DNA of 64,000 bases, from contig OZ037767.1 in NCBI GenBank assembly GCA_964035545.1, positions 10,488,581 through 10,552,580 on the forward strand. The letters run 5' to 3'. This document shows, in pieces, positions 48,568-63,500 of this stretch. The translations under genes and the position numbers were made by a program. The first letter of the stretch is position 1, and every line of letters begins with the position of its first letter. This DNA comes from Bugula neritina (taxonomy: Eukaryota; Animalia; Bryozoa). The notes under the pieces were generated by a model that did no database searches, was not told the origin of the DNA, and worked only from the letters and a program-made list of their open reading frames with translations.

Positions 48568-51500
48568 CTAGTATATGTAAACACTATTTAGCATACACTG
48601 CAGACTAGCATATGTTGCATCATCATTCCAGAAAAGTAGGACTGTTGAAATATATTATATTTTGTTGACAGTTTATCTCTGATAGTAAACTAAGTACTCA
48701 CAAGTTCCAGGCTTAGAAGCATCAACAAAGTTGAAGTAATAGTGATCAATTTCACTGATAAAAATCAACACTGTTTTGTTTATGATATCTTTTGTGTTGG
48801 GAGGTAAGTAATAGAGTTCAAAATCTATTAATCCATCAGGCATAAATTCACAGCTGGAATAAAAAAGTCAACATGCATAAATTCAATTTAAAAGAAAAAT
48901 TATCAACTTATATGTTTATAGACCTATATTGCATTAAAAATACATCATCATAACTTTTGTACTACAACTGTAGTATTAAGTTATTGGATTATCACTGCAT
49001 TATTGTATTTTATTATTGTATTTCATTATTGTATGGTATAACTAGAGCGGCACTCACTAGAACTTGGCGCCAACTGTTTGAACATTTTGTTGGTAACTTT
49101 GAATGTCGGAATTAAGATCATCAAGCTTTATGGTAGTCGACAGTGCAGCATTTTCCTTCTTTTCCAAATCCTTAAAAAGCACAAAAACAGCTCAGGTTTT
49201 GGAAAACAAGTTTGGATGAGATATAGCTTTGAAAAAATTGGCTAAAAAATTTATAAATTGTAATTCAATGTTTGTTACTCGTACTTCCTGATAAAAAAAA
49301 TTGAAGTTGCAATTTGTTTAACACTACAAGACTTTTGTGGGTTTCTATGAGAACATCTGATAGAAAAGATCTTTTAAGCAAGCAAAGGACCTGTTTTTAT
49401 TGTAGCAAATTATCAACGATGACTGAATTCCCTTTCTAACACCGCTTTTACCAGGAGAAAACCATTGATTTCATGTTTACTAAGCCAGTGCTATAACCAC
49501 TAGACCACTGTTGCTCTTTTTTGCAAGCAATTACAAAAATAGTCAATTTTACTACAGTGTCTATACTCTATAGTAACATACTTGTGCTATATGAAAAATA
49601 GTAATGTTCAAAACACATGTATGCAGGTCAGAAATATTTATTTCCCAATAGTCTATAAACAGCGACTCACCTTTAGATAAAAATGAGGTGGCACTGGTAC
49701 CAACATGTTCATACCAGAGTAGATATTGTATGTTCCGTAGAGAGAAGGGGGAAGATATTGTTTGTCTATCACACTATGCAGTATATCTTGCCAGTCATCT
49801 CTATCTAAGTGCTGAGTGTGAAATCCTTTACGGTTCTCAAAGAGAGGCAGATAATATCGATCCAGCATCTTTTTACATCTACCACCTAACAGCACAGCAA
49901 TAAATATATACTGTATACATGGCCACAGCACACTCAGCTGTGTCTATAGCAACAATATCTATATTAATAATGTGTCTATAGCAACAAAACCTATATTAAT
50001 AATGTGTCCATAGCAACAATATCAAAAACAACACTGTGTCCATAGCAACAGTATCTATAACAATACTGTGGCTATGACAACAATATATTCTAGTAATTTA
50101 CCCATTTTAACAGTGTATACAAATTTATCTATAGTCAGAGCATACACAAACATAATTTATATGTAGCAACACATATATATGCACAGGTGCAAACATTACA
50201 TTATATTGAACCATATCAACAGTGCAAATATGTGCTCTTTGGACTTAATAAAACTTTCTTTGCTTACAAGCTAAACTTTCACTGTACATTCCTAGTTTTA
50301 TATCATAAAATATAAGATTTGATGACAACCTGAATGCTTCAATATACTTTATATCACAATGTAGCTGGTGTACTTTTAGCATGTACACTATAAAACACCA
50401 GACAAACTTGATATACACACCATGTATAATGTAGACATTCTTGAACAGGCAGGGATAATTCCTACATAACAGCAGGAGAGAGGCATGAAACCAGCCCAGA
50501 CCTTGCACAGCTTTAGATTCGAGGTGGTTTAAAAACTGGCTACAGTCTATAACAAGGATGGAGCTGTACCCTCCCTATATTTAAACAGAACAATACACAA
50601 ATACAGTTAACACCTGTTCAAAGCTAAAAGCTCAACATTTAAGCAAAAATAAAAGACTTTTTTTAACTCTAAACATAATAAAGCCTTATAAGTTCAATAT
50701 TAAAAAAGTAAACTTTTAATATCTCTTTACCTCCTTAGACAAGTGCTCTACCATTTCAAAAAGATACACCATATGCAGCATAAACTGGGAACCAGTACAG
50801 CTCTTTGCTAAGCCATTGAAATCTATTTTATCAAACTGACAAACAAATGTGGGGTTATCAGCCCGATCAGCACCTGTACACTCGATGATGTTTCCATGCT
50901 GCAACATAATAACACTCAATATACACTCAATATAATATTTCCATGCCACAAGATAATTTAATATAAATGCGCTGAATAAAACTTAGGTGAAGATCATGCA
51001 AGGTAGATCTTGTAAGCAGGCACATACCTTCAAGAGAACTTCTTGAGGAGCATACCTCTGGTACAACGTCCATGCCTCTATACTAGACCTTAGTCTTAGG
51101 GAATGTTTTAAATAAAGTTTGGCATCTTCCAAACTGTAATCTAAACCAATTAACACAAAATGTAGCAAATCAAAATGCAAAACATTAATACACAAAGAAC
51201 AAACCAAAATTATTTCCAATTCAAGTGAAACATACATGTTCAACTGATTAACTCTGCACTAATGTCTACATATTTTACTCTAAAGTCTAATACAACCTTT
51301 TGAATTTGTAAGTGATCAAAATACACTGCTGCAAAACTAAAACCAGTTGTAATCGAATATTGTTTGATAGGAACCAATTACAATAAAATCAGCCACAAAT
51401 TATTATTTACACATGCTCAAAAGCTCAATCAGTTATTTTCAGCTGAGGGTAAAACAAAGCAATGAATATATTTTTTACGAAATCTATTTTAATTTGTACT

Positions 51501-54500
51501 AAGCGTAGGGCCACACAATGCGTTTTGCTCGAGCATGACGTGAGAGAAAACCCATTAAGCCCAAAAATTGGACGTTGTGTGCAGATTTTCAAACGTCTAA
51601 CATGCTGAGCGAAAAGTGCGTCATGCTCGTGCGTTTTTGATCTAATTGGCTTATTACCATAAAATATTTAGCAAGCACACTTTTTTATTTTGATTTATGA
51701 TTTAACTTCTAGAGAGCTGAATTAAAACAAATTGATATAGTTTGCATTTCCACTTTTATAATATCCAAGTCACTTTGCTGATGACGTAGTTTTAAAACAG
51801 TTAAAAACAAACGTCTGTAGGCGAGCAGTAAAGTTTAACGCTAACATCATTAGCTAAAAAATTTCTGCACTCGCAATACACGCATTGTGTGTGGCATGTC
51901 CAAACGGGTTTTCTCGCACGTCATGGCCCTACGCTAATGACTCAACAAGCAGGCAAGAGAACTTAACTCTATATAGGTCTTGTATTCGAGTTATGAACCT
52001 TGTCACACTAACCATATCCTATTTCTGTATTATCAAAACTCACCCTTAATCCATCTAGAAATGTAAGCTGATGTCCATCCAGCCCTGATCATCAAGCTAC
52101 ATTCATTCAACAAGGAACTAGCTAATGCCTGTTCAGTAGGGTTGATTACTTTTCCATTTACTATTGTATCTGGATCAATCTCTGTAATAGGATCTTTTTC
52201 ACTGCTTTCCTGTCTCCTACCCTACAATTAAATGCATCTAAGGATACTCACTCTACTTGAATGTAATGTTGATTGCAGAGATCTTGTGAGCTTCTAGACT
52301 GAAATGAAGCAAGCTGCCAGCTTGATCTCTACGTCATTATGCTCGATTCCTGTGACTCACTGTATTGTCTGTAGACTAAAGAACATGAAAATAGAAGCGC
52401 AAACCTTGAACTCCGTCAAAGCTTTTTCTAAGTCTCCACCATTGTCTTTGAAATTTACTGTTGATTCGTTAACTATTAATAGAACCTAAAAATACCACCA
52501 ACATATAATAACATCTGTGCATTCTTGAAAATAAAACATGAGGTAGGACACTGTATGTAATGTTGAGTTTACTCAGTGGTCCCTCTGGTATAATGGCTAG
52601 TGCGCCTGCTTGTAAGCCCAAGGTCTCAGGTTTGAATCCCAGCTGGGCAAAAGTTTTTTGCCTAAAACACTGTTTATTACTCATCATAACCGCAACTAAT
52701 GCCCTATGCTAAAACTTCAATAGCTCTATTGCTGTAGATCAATAGTTATTAAATCAGATCAAATGCAGGTTAACATAAGACACACAAGTCATTCACAACT
52801 CACTAAACAACTCAAGGATGACCAAATTCATCAAATCAACAAAATAAACTACAGGTTGATTCGGTAAGACTCAACCAACATAACTCATCTATGACTCAAT
52901 ACATGCTACACCTATGATTCATGCCATGGAACTCATGAAATGACCCATGCTATGATGAACTCATGTTATGACTCATGCAACACGACTCATCTATGACCCA
53001 TGACTGACTCACCCATTTTAGAATGACTGCGAGAGTCATTTGCTCATTACTACTCTCCTCATCTATGTTAATAAGACTAAGATATGGGTCACACAGATAT
53101 CTAGCTTCTATTATATTCAACATGTTTGATATGGCTGGTGAGTAATTTTTAGCTTGTGCTAGAAGGTTTGTCACTCGGTTATAGCCAGACACCTCATTTC
53201 GAATATCCCACCATCGCTAGAAGAACAAACATATTTTTAAAGTATGAACAAAAAGAATGTTCTAGTTAATATGGCTCATCTAATCCAACAAAGATAAATG
53301 AAGCGGTGACACGAAATTTCGAAAATGACAATTGGAAAACGCCTATTTGGAAAATGGACAATTAGAAAATGGACAATTGGAAAATAAATATTTGAAAAAT
53401 GACATTTGAAAAATGAAAAATATTTAACATGGTCTGGTCCTGAGGGGTTGTCCGGCATCTGGTCAATTCCAAAATAGTTTTTAAAAATAAATACAATGGC
53501 TAAATCAGTTAGGTTATCATGGAAGTAGAATTAGTTACCGAGTAGTTCTAATTTAAAATTTTTCACATTTACAAAAAGCTTTTTGATCGTGACCAGATAC
53601 TAAACGCCTCCTCTGAACTAGGCCATAATGAATATTCTTCATTTTCCAAATGATATTTCCAAATGTCTATTTTCCAATAGGTGTTTGTCAATTGTCATTT
53701 CCAAAATGTCGCGGATTCGAATGAAGCACCAAATAAAAAACAACTATAACAATATTTGGTAAATGATAAAACAGTGATCAAAAGTTCCATAATGTATTTT
53801 GATAGCTAATTAAGTTACAACTAAAGGTCTTTTGTTATTTTGTTTCATTGGAAAACTTGAGCTCACTATTTTCTAACCAACGTCAAATATTGTATGTTAG
53901 GAAGACCAATACAACAATGAAATATGTTCATCAATCAATATAATGTAAGTTATATTTCCTATGTACATATTCTTATACCAAGCACATTAGGCGAATGAAA
54001 AGTTTTTAAATGAGAGAATCTATATGGTGACATGCTTAGCAAACCTGTAGGGTGAGATGATCTTTTTGCAGTACAAGGAGAAACGCTTTCAGTATATCAA
54101 ACACCTTGAGAGGCACTATTGTGTATTTGTAGAAACCCACAATGTCTACTGGATTGATTTCAACTAACTAGAAACAAAAACAGCCAAGTATTATACTGTT
54201 ATTTAACCTAACCAGTTTGAAGTTCCAAGTTGAAGTCATTAACAACTTATGTGAAATGATGATAATATATTTACGCCGAGTTTGATCTTCTCAATACTGG
54301 CGAGGAAAGCATTTAATTCAGCTGCACTGTCCATCAGTTTTTTCAGCTTGTCATGAAGTAGAGATAAAGGAGCGGCAAATGCAGGCGCCATTGATCTCTT
54401 CAGTGTCTTTAAACTGTGCATAGCAACTTCTAAATTTCTTATATGCATCGCAACTTTTGGGTGTTTCTCCATTATTGTCATTTCTATTTCTGCAAACCAG

Positions 54501-57500
54501 AAAGAATTTAGTAACTGTTAACATTATGTTGGTAAATTAAATTATAGCATGAGACTAAATAGTTAATAGTCATTGTCTAACAGAAATACAATGGTAAATG
54601 AAAGCTCAGCACAAACCAGGTGCAGGTTCTTGCAAGTCTGATATAATTGAAAACATAGACTACAGGTAAAAATTTATAGTAAGCATTAATTTCTGGAAGC
54701 TTGAATTCAGACACATTGACTCATTAAATATTATGACTGCTTACATTGAGTTAGAACTATGCTGTGACAAAAAATCAATCAGCTGTATTATAACAGCACA
54801 AGCACACTGTTTGTGTTGAGTCTAAGTCTAAAGACCTTTTATTCCTAAAAATGCAAACTAATAATATGCAAGGCTGAGAGAAATGAAAAGAGAGCTTTTT
54901 AACATACAACAAGTCTTTAATAGTTGAATTTAAGGATTTCTAGCTAGTACTAAATGAACTATTTCTAGTTGTAGACAAGTAAAAATAATCAAATTATATA
55001 TAATGAAAACATGTGTTTATGTAAAGGTAAACATATTGGTGCCTAATATGATCTAATTAAAGAAGGCATTGTATAGCATGACATATAAACACAATATGAC
55101 ATATATACAGCAACTCTTACCAGCCTTGATGGTTAGATACTTTCCACAGATGACAGACAAAGCTGAATACTGATCTCGAGCTTTGCTGTCTAAGGCAGAG
55201 TTTGAGACATCTTCTTCCATAAGAGCTATTCTCACATAATCCTCTTTAGATAAATGCTGTTACATCCAATACATAAACAGATTTATAAGATAAATTCACA
55301 TTTCATGTATGAAATATAATAGCACTAGGTTGCAATAGTTTTCACATTACCTACTATAAAGTCGAAAATAGAAATAAAGCACTAGCAAAAAACTGTTCAA
55401 GCAAAAACTTTATGTTACATCTCTGACCAATTACAATACAATACATTTTTATTTTATTAAACAACCACATAATGAGTTTTTCGAATATCCACTTGCACCT
55501 TTCGACGATACTAGTATGTGTGAAATTAACTGAATCGCAGTTCTTTTTTTCAGCAATGATCTAAATACACCATAAAATACAGAGACCAACTTTGAAGAAG
55601 TTAGTAGCATTACACTGACTTTTATAAAACTAATTTGCATAATCTGAGCGACTAGAGACAATGCAGCTTTGTATGCTCCATCTTTATCTGGAAATTCCAG
55701 CTCTTCAAATCTTTTTGTTAATTCAAGCAGATGCATGATGTTCTGGGTCTCTTCCGCTTCAGCAATAGCGTACCGCAACTCCTCACATATGTTCTGGTAG
55801 CCCACAACTGAGTAACAGAAAATCACATGGTGAACTGACACTAAAATAGCCAGTGACTAAAGCACTAAACCAAAAGTCAGACTAAGCCCCTTTAGTACTC
55901 CCTGTAGTACCAAAAATGATTACAAGAGTATTCAATTTGCCGACTTTGATGCAATTTTTCTCGATGAGCTACGTTTGTTTCTTAGGAATTAATCTAATCT
56001 AAATATAGTTGAATACTATTTCGATTTTTTTTCAAAACCAGTACAGCTTTAATGAAAACTACATTTAAAAAAAGAAGGCATTAGGAAAAGTTTAAACCTA
56101 TTAGATGAACTGCTATAAAGAAATTAAAGTACAGTTTCAAACAAATGACAGTGGTACACAAATACTATACTCAGCAGTGACAGTAGTAGAGCTGCAACAG
56201 TTTGAAACCAAAGTGAGTAGAACGTACTATTCTGATGCATGTTTGAGTTCATTTTAGTTATCTGAGAGCTCAGTTCTTTGTTGTACTTATCAATTAATTG
56301 TATAAACTCCAGTTTTTGAGGGTGAGGCAATGGTTTGAAAAAGTCACGCAAACTATAAGTAAAAACAAACAGAATTACCAAATCTACAGACACTAAGGAA
56401 ATGCATACCTACAAGTTGATTATTGACTGAAGTTCTACAAACAGTTTTTGTTGTTATATGTCATATTATATTATATAAATTGCTATACTATTACTAGATG
56501 AAGCAACACAAGTTTTTACGATAAAACCATTTTTTGATGAAAGAATTTTATTAGTATAATGTGTCTCATAACTTTATTCACGAAAATCGAAGTATTTAGC
56601 TAAGAATAAAAAAATGTCTAGATCAAGCATTTTTATGCAGTAAAGATAACTACTTTCTTATAGCAAAATGTAATATAAACAACTCACTCCTTCAAACCAG
56701 ACAAATCTCGCTTGCTCTTTGCCTCTTCGATCTCTCCTCTCGCCAACTCCATGAACTTGTCGTCTGCCTTTGGAAGAAGTTCGTCTGCATCAACAATTGC
56801 GAACTGCTTGACACAATCCTGGGCACTCTTGATTTTGCTCCATAATGGCTGGATAACAAAAGAGCAATATTGTTCAATAGCTTCATGCGGAATTGATTGA
56901 AAGAAGACAATAGTTCCTAAAATATGGAAACTTACCCGACACTCTTTGCCATAATCCAATATCTCCCTTAAGGGACTGAATGTCATGTCATACAACTTTT
57001 TTTCAGCCGTCTTTATCACATCTCCAGGATCATCAATACCAACTCTACTAAACTCTATCCGAGCACCAATAATGGCAGCAGACAGTTGCTGCGGAGCTAC
57101 ATTTGAGTCACCTAATAGTCTGGTAAGAAAAGGTACGAGTTGTTGGTATAGAAGAGCTTTTCCAGTTTCTTCCAACTCTAAAAATATGCCGATGCAATAG
57201 AAAATTAAAAATCAAAAAAATGTAAATAATAGTTAGGTATATGTATTGTCGTTTAAAAAAGCTTAGCATATAGTATGTCATAGAATATGTGTATATAAAA
57301 TAAAGCACTGGCTCCAGTTACTACTATTGGACGTTATGTCACCACTACCAAGGGACATTAACTTAGTCTACTCCACTTAATAATTATGAATATTCAATAA
57401 CTACTTGTAACAGAATCCCTGAACAAACAGACTGACTTACTTCTCAGGTCATTTGTTATTTTGTACTGCTTTTTGCTAAGATTAAAAGCTGTCAGAATGG

Positions 57501-60500
57501 CAGCCAGATCTCGAGGTTGTGCCTTGTTTTTGATGGCTGCTTGCAATTGCTTGGATATTTCATCATACAGCTTCTAAGAATACAAAGCAAAATTATATAT
57601 CTAAACATGTTATGACAAAGAAAATAAATATGAAAGTGATTAGAATGGCTTTCTGATGATAAAAGAAGATGCTTAAATTATAATACACATATCTCAGCAG
57701 ACTATATTAAATACATTACTTAACAATATAACAAGACTAAAAACTGAGTCCTTCATAATGTGAGTTTTTAAATTAAAATTATGAAATACAAGTACATTGC
57801 TCTTTCCGTATCTCACTAAGCTGCCGATCTGGATACCTCAATTTGTGACATAGTAGAATACCAGATTTAATTGTGTCCCTATACACACACATATAAGCCA
57901 CAAAACCAGAAGCCTATATACTATGTGGTAAATATCATCATGAGTATTTTGGAGTTACCTTCTCTGCACGGGGCATCACGCTATCCATGTCTTTCAGTCC
58001 ATGGTTATCTAAACTGCTTCTTAATTGAATTATAATGTTATGAATGTCTTGGGCTGTATGTGCTTTCTCCAGAGAGTTAGCTAGTGGTAGTATCACAATG
58101 TTGTATAGGTTTCTGTTGGCTTTATCAAGGAACCCTGACACATCCTGCATCGTAAGTAAAGTCACGAGTTTTATGATATTAATGATTAGTCAAATTGCAT
58201 ACTGGGGTGCAATGTATTCAGAGACACACTCATATGCTTAATTAGAATAAATCTAATTATCGAAAAGTTTCTTTTGCAAGTTGTTGAACGTAATCTGCTT
58301 GTTAATAACTACATAACAATTTATTTAGTCAAATGAAAGTATTAAAAACACTTTGTTTAACAAATTATCAAATTTAATTGCTTTTTTATTAAAACCCGAT
58401 AGACGTTTCACCCAAACCTATGGACGCTAAAACATTTACCGCTACTCCATAGAAAGCAAACTTGTTGATGGCGTTTCGTATTTTAATAGAATCTTTCCTT
58501 TTCATTTCTTCTGCTAGCCCTTCTTTCAAAATCTTATAAAGCTGAGTCTTTGCTGTCTTAATAAGACCTTCATAGTCTGTGATGTTATGGAACTCCAAGT
58601 CTCTCTCCGCCTCTGTTATGACATCCCGTAGCAGCTGAGCTGTAGGTTGTTTGGTAGCCTTTTTTAACTTAGCTGTCACTTTATCTGGAAAAAATAGCAA
58701 AGCCCATTTAAGAGCTTTTGTGTAAACACTAAATATATTATACGTTTGTTACCTCTTTCACCATGACTGCAAAGCAGTGAATTGTCTAGATTGATTGTGT
58801 AATGTGTTTAATGCTATTGATATGTTTTAGCTCAAAGTAAAGACAGAGGGCATAGTTGCAGTCCAAAACTGTCAACATTTACAAAGACGGCAGTCAACCA
58901 ATCAAATTAGTTGACTCATTTTTTATACATATAAAAAATCCAACTAGATGATAATGCACTGTATGAACTAGAAATTAGTAATGTAGAACGTAAAAGTTAT
59001 TCGGGTTAAATTGTCTTTACTTACCAGTATTCTATATAATAATCATATAACTATTGTATACGTACTGATAACACAATATTAGATAAATTAATGTACTCAC
59101 TATATATTGCAGTCTCAGCTTTCTTTAAAAAATCCATTTTGTCAGGTATTTCATACTTCTTAAACTCTTGGGATGCAAAATGAATTTCCCACAAATCTCC
59201 TCTTCTCAATGACTAAAATTTTTGCACCCAAAACTACAGGAAGGCTGCCTGACACATTGTATAAAATGCAAATCAGCTGATGGCACATCATTGAAATAAA
59301 GATAAACTTGAAATAAATGCTACAATGACAGATATAAAACTTTGACAGTTTCTACATTTCTACAAACTATTTAAAAACTCAACCTAATAGTTCAATGAGA
59401 AACTATGTATAATAAACTAACCCTGAGCAGTTGTTTAGTGAGAAGTTTAGCTAAGTTGTCAGTAGCTTGCTTGATCAAAGGGTTAGCATCAGCCGTGTCT
59501 TCAGGCATAAAATGATTGTAGTTCTCTAGAGCCTCCGCCACATCTTTATAGTTCTAAAGCAGATAAGGTTCTAGAGTGATATCAGTAAAGCACAAAGACA
59601 AGAAATAACCCCAAATTAAACTGATGATGTTTTTTCGTAAAAGAAATACTCGAAAAGTTAACAGGAAATAGTAAGCAGAAAATTTAGTTATTTTACAAGT
59701 AAATGCGGGCAATTTTAAGTAACAGCAAAAAATTAATCTAAATATAATTAAAGCATAAAAAACACTAATTAATATAAAACTTTTAAAACTGTCAATGTGA
59801 GTCATATTTCATGGCAAAACATTTCATACAATGAGTTCCCTTGCCAGAGATATTCACTCACATTACTGTTGATAGCATCTAGCAGCTGGAGAACAGCCAT
59901 TGCCTTCTTGGCCAGTATTTGCTTAGCTTTATCCATCAAATTCGTTTTATCGGGATCAGCAAACATGTCATGCTTTGTCATTTCCTGTTAATTGTGAATG
60001 AAAATAAGCCATTTATTAGTGTACACTACTAACAGTGCTACATATTTTATAGTAACTAGATTTAAATAGTTTCTTTTAATATCATAAAAACTGTTATATT
60101 AAAAAAATATTTAGTACAGCTTACTGCAACCGTGATGCCCATTCCACGAATATCGTGCTCGTTAATTTGTTTTTCCAATTTTTTCTTTAAAATATCCTTC
60201 AAAGCCTCCTGAACGAGTGATTAAGAAGTTAACTATAAATAGCTACTGAGTAAAGAAACATTTTCACAGACACAAATCTTAAGAGCTATTGAATAGTGGT
60301 CAATATGCAATCGTTTGATAAACCACAAGTGAATTACAGCAAGTTGAATTATTATTATATTATAAGTTATAAATTATATTATTGTAATATGTAGGGGTAA
60401 CGGGTAACTCTCAGAATAATGAAATTTTCATGACGAAAAATTCTGCCCATTGTGCCCCGGTACCGGGGTACAATAGGCCACTGGGTGGAACACAACAAAT

Positions 60501-63500
60501 ATATTGACAATTTGTTGATTTGGTTGCCTCCGATCTTAATTTCATTAATATACACAAATAAATAAAAATACTCTTTCAGATCTACAGCAAAAATCATGTT
60601 TTAGCTGTATATTTTGTACCACCGCAGATAACAAGGGGAGGCAAAATCAAATGCACATCACTCGTTTCCACAGTACCATTTCCATTATTGTTGGAACTAA
60701 AAATTTTTTTCTATTTCTAATTCACAGGAACTTTCATCAGAAAAACTTTAGTAACATGTACTACAAAATTCTGAGTGGACTTTTTTCTATAAACTGTAGC
60801 CAAGGTGCATGGCTTCGGTTTGTGACTGGAATGTGGAAGGGGAGGGGGGAAGAAATGTGCAAATCAGAATTTATTTCAGTCAAATACATGTATAATCCCT
60901 CAATGATATAATGTATAATGAATATCATGACTATATGCAGATGATTCCTTGTTGTACAAACCAATCACAACACCTGCTGATTCTAGTTTATTTCAGAATG
61001 ACTTAGACCATCTTATAACTTGGGCAGACAGTTCTCAGATGAAGTTCAATATAAATAAATGTGAGCATATGACAATTCAACGCTCCACTGTAAATCCTCT
61101 AGTGTCTCAATACAGCATGAATAATGACCCCTTACAATGTGTTGACAAAGTATTATACCTTGGTGTCACGATTGATAATAAACCGTCATTCGATCAACAT
61201 ATAATAAACATTTGCTCAAAAGCTAATAAATTATTACACATGCTGATGCGCTGTCTAAAAAAGGCTAAAAGTAAAACCAGAGCCATAACTTATAAAACAG
61301 TCTGTTGCCCTATACTAGAATTTGCGACCCACACCTGGTCTCCTTTTAAATTGAAAAACATCAACATCATAGAAGGTATAAATAGAAAAGCCTTCAGGTG
61401 GACATTCTGTAAGAGAAAACGAGATCATATAACTGAGCTCATGACAAATTCTAATTGGAATAGCCTTGCACAAAGACGTGACAATGCAGACCAAAAAATG
61501 TACTTTTGTATGCTTTCTGGTAGTGCTGCTATAGACCAAGACCGGTTCTCCCTTCATTTTGCAGAGTCTCACAATACCAGACATGGTGCTATTAAGGGCA
61601 ATATCAATACCAAAACTGTCAAACATTCATATAAACATCGCATCCATAAACTTTTCTAATGATTCTAGCTGCTTTGCCTAACTGATTATAAGCACTTAAC
61701 ACCGACTCTGCTTTATATCATCTGAAGCTGTGCGGTGTATATTTATTTATTTATTTACTTTTTTTTTCCCTTCTGGCAGTAGCTAGCTATTGAGCTTTGA
61801 ATCAAAGCATAATTAACTATATTCTTATCTCGTAGACAAAATGGTTTTCTTCCTTACTACTGATAATCTAAACAATTGTTCATACACCACTGCATCTCGA
61901 TAAAGGAGCCAAAGCGCTCCGAGTGAGATTAATTAGATGAGAGATGAGAGATGAGAGATGAGAGATGACTATCCATTAGTAGCAACAGCAGAGTTTTTTG
62001 TATATTTTATAAAACGGCAATTAGCTATAACCTCACCAAATGTATATAGGCCTATTAGCGGAGCTTCACCTTGTAGTTTGGTAGTCTTACCATGATGTTT
62101 TTAATACTTTACAAAAAGGTCAGAAATGGCTATATCTATAGATTGTATCAACATTTCATCTAACTTTTTGGGCAAACAAGCTAATAACAGTGATCAGTGT
62201 GCAAGGATCAAGTGGTACATTGTGCCCCGCGTGGCTAAGTTGAAAATAAATGTGGTTCAAGAAAAGTTTATTTTAGAGTTTGTTGTTATACTAGTTAAGC
62301 AATGTAAAGACAAGCAATAGCAACAATATCAGTAAAATCTAGGCTTGTTACCTTTGAGTGTAAAAAGTTATAAAGCTTTAACAACATCATAAAAAATTCA
62401 CAAAAAGTAGGTAAAAACAGTTTTTGACTTGCCTCTTCAACATGTATGCTCCGTAAGTGTTGAAACTACAATAGCTGAAAAATTATGTCAATACCTTTTT
62501 ATTAAAAAAAATCACAACTCTAAGTCAATAAGTTCTCTCACAATTTGACTGCCTTTTTGTACCGCTATGACCTTTGTGCCCCCGTTACCCCTATTATACT
62601 ATACTCTTTTTCCACTTCGCTCAAACTGATATTCTAGTTAGAATAATTAAACCAGTACATCTAAACCCATTTGACGACACAACAACATTATTTAAGCAGA
62701 ACTAGAAACTCTATAAACTCAAAGCACCTTATAAATAATATAGCATGGTGCAGATAAAATATGCAGACATAAATTGCAGTGAAGGTGCTTTGAATTAAAT
62801 AAAATTAAAACCGCACCAGTATACATGCTATCAGTGACCGCGTAAAAATATCTAATCAAACCTTATCAGTAAAAGATATCTTAGTCTCTGGAACTTCCGA
62901 ATTTGGTTTAGTAAACTGAGTTTTAGTCAACGCCTGTGAAATCATAGCGTGATTTTCTGTATAAATGGCATCTAAGAGGGTTTTCTTAAGGGAGGCTTGA
63001 GATGCTGTGTAAAACATAGACATACAAACATATATCCGCAAGTAAAACTAATATTCTATCAGAAAGGTGGCTATACTTACCCATGTCTGCAAGTCGACCA
63101 ACAGAAAGAATCTTTTGTATTGTTGGACTTTCTTTACGATGCAGCAAAGCTAACCAGTAATATCTGGTCTTCCAAAAGTAGAACAAGATAATGTACATGG
63201 TCATCACTAGCATTGTGCCCTACAAAAACATTAGACTGGTGCAGTGAGATGACTCGCCATACGCACATAATGAATTGGGTCTAGTAAAATAAGTCCAGTT
63301 ACTCACCAACAACACAGCATAGTCTTGGCGACCAATCTTGTATCCAAAAACTCTTACAACGAACTGAAACTCAAACCTACAGTTGGTGGTAGGATCAACC
63401 TCTCTATCAAAATACAAGCCACAAACTTTAGTATATTAGTAACATCTAACTATTTCGTTGGTATACAATTATGATCAACATTGATTCAATAAAAAGTGCG

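Noticed and set aside
52253-52404. Apparent 29-35-nt micro-introns and a 15-nt microexon at the MTBD/Sec14 junction
   Set aside because: These introns are implausibly short; longer in-frame splice routes exist, so they were not called.
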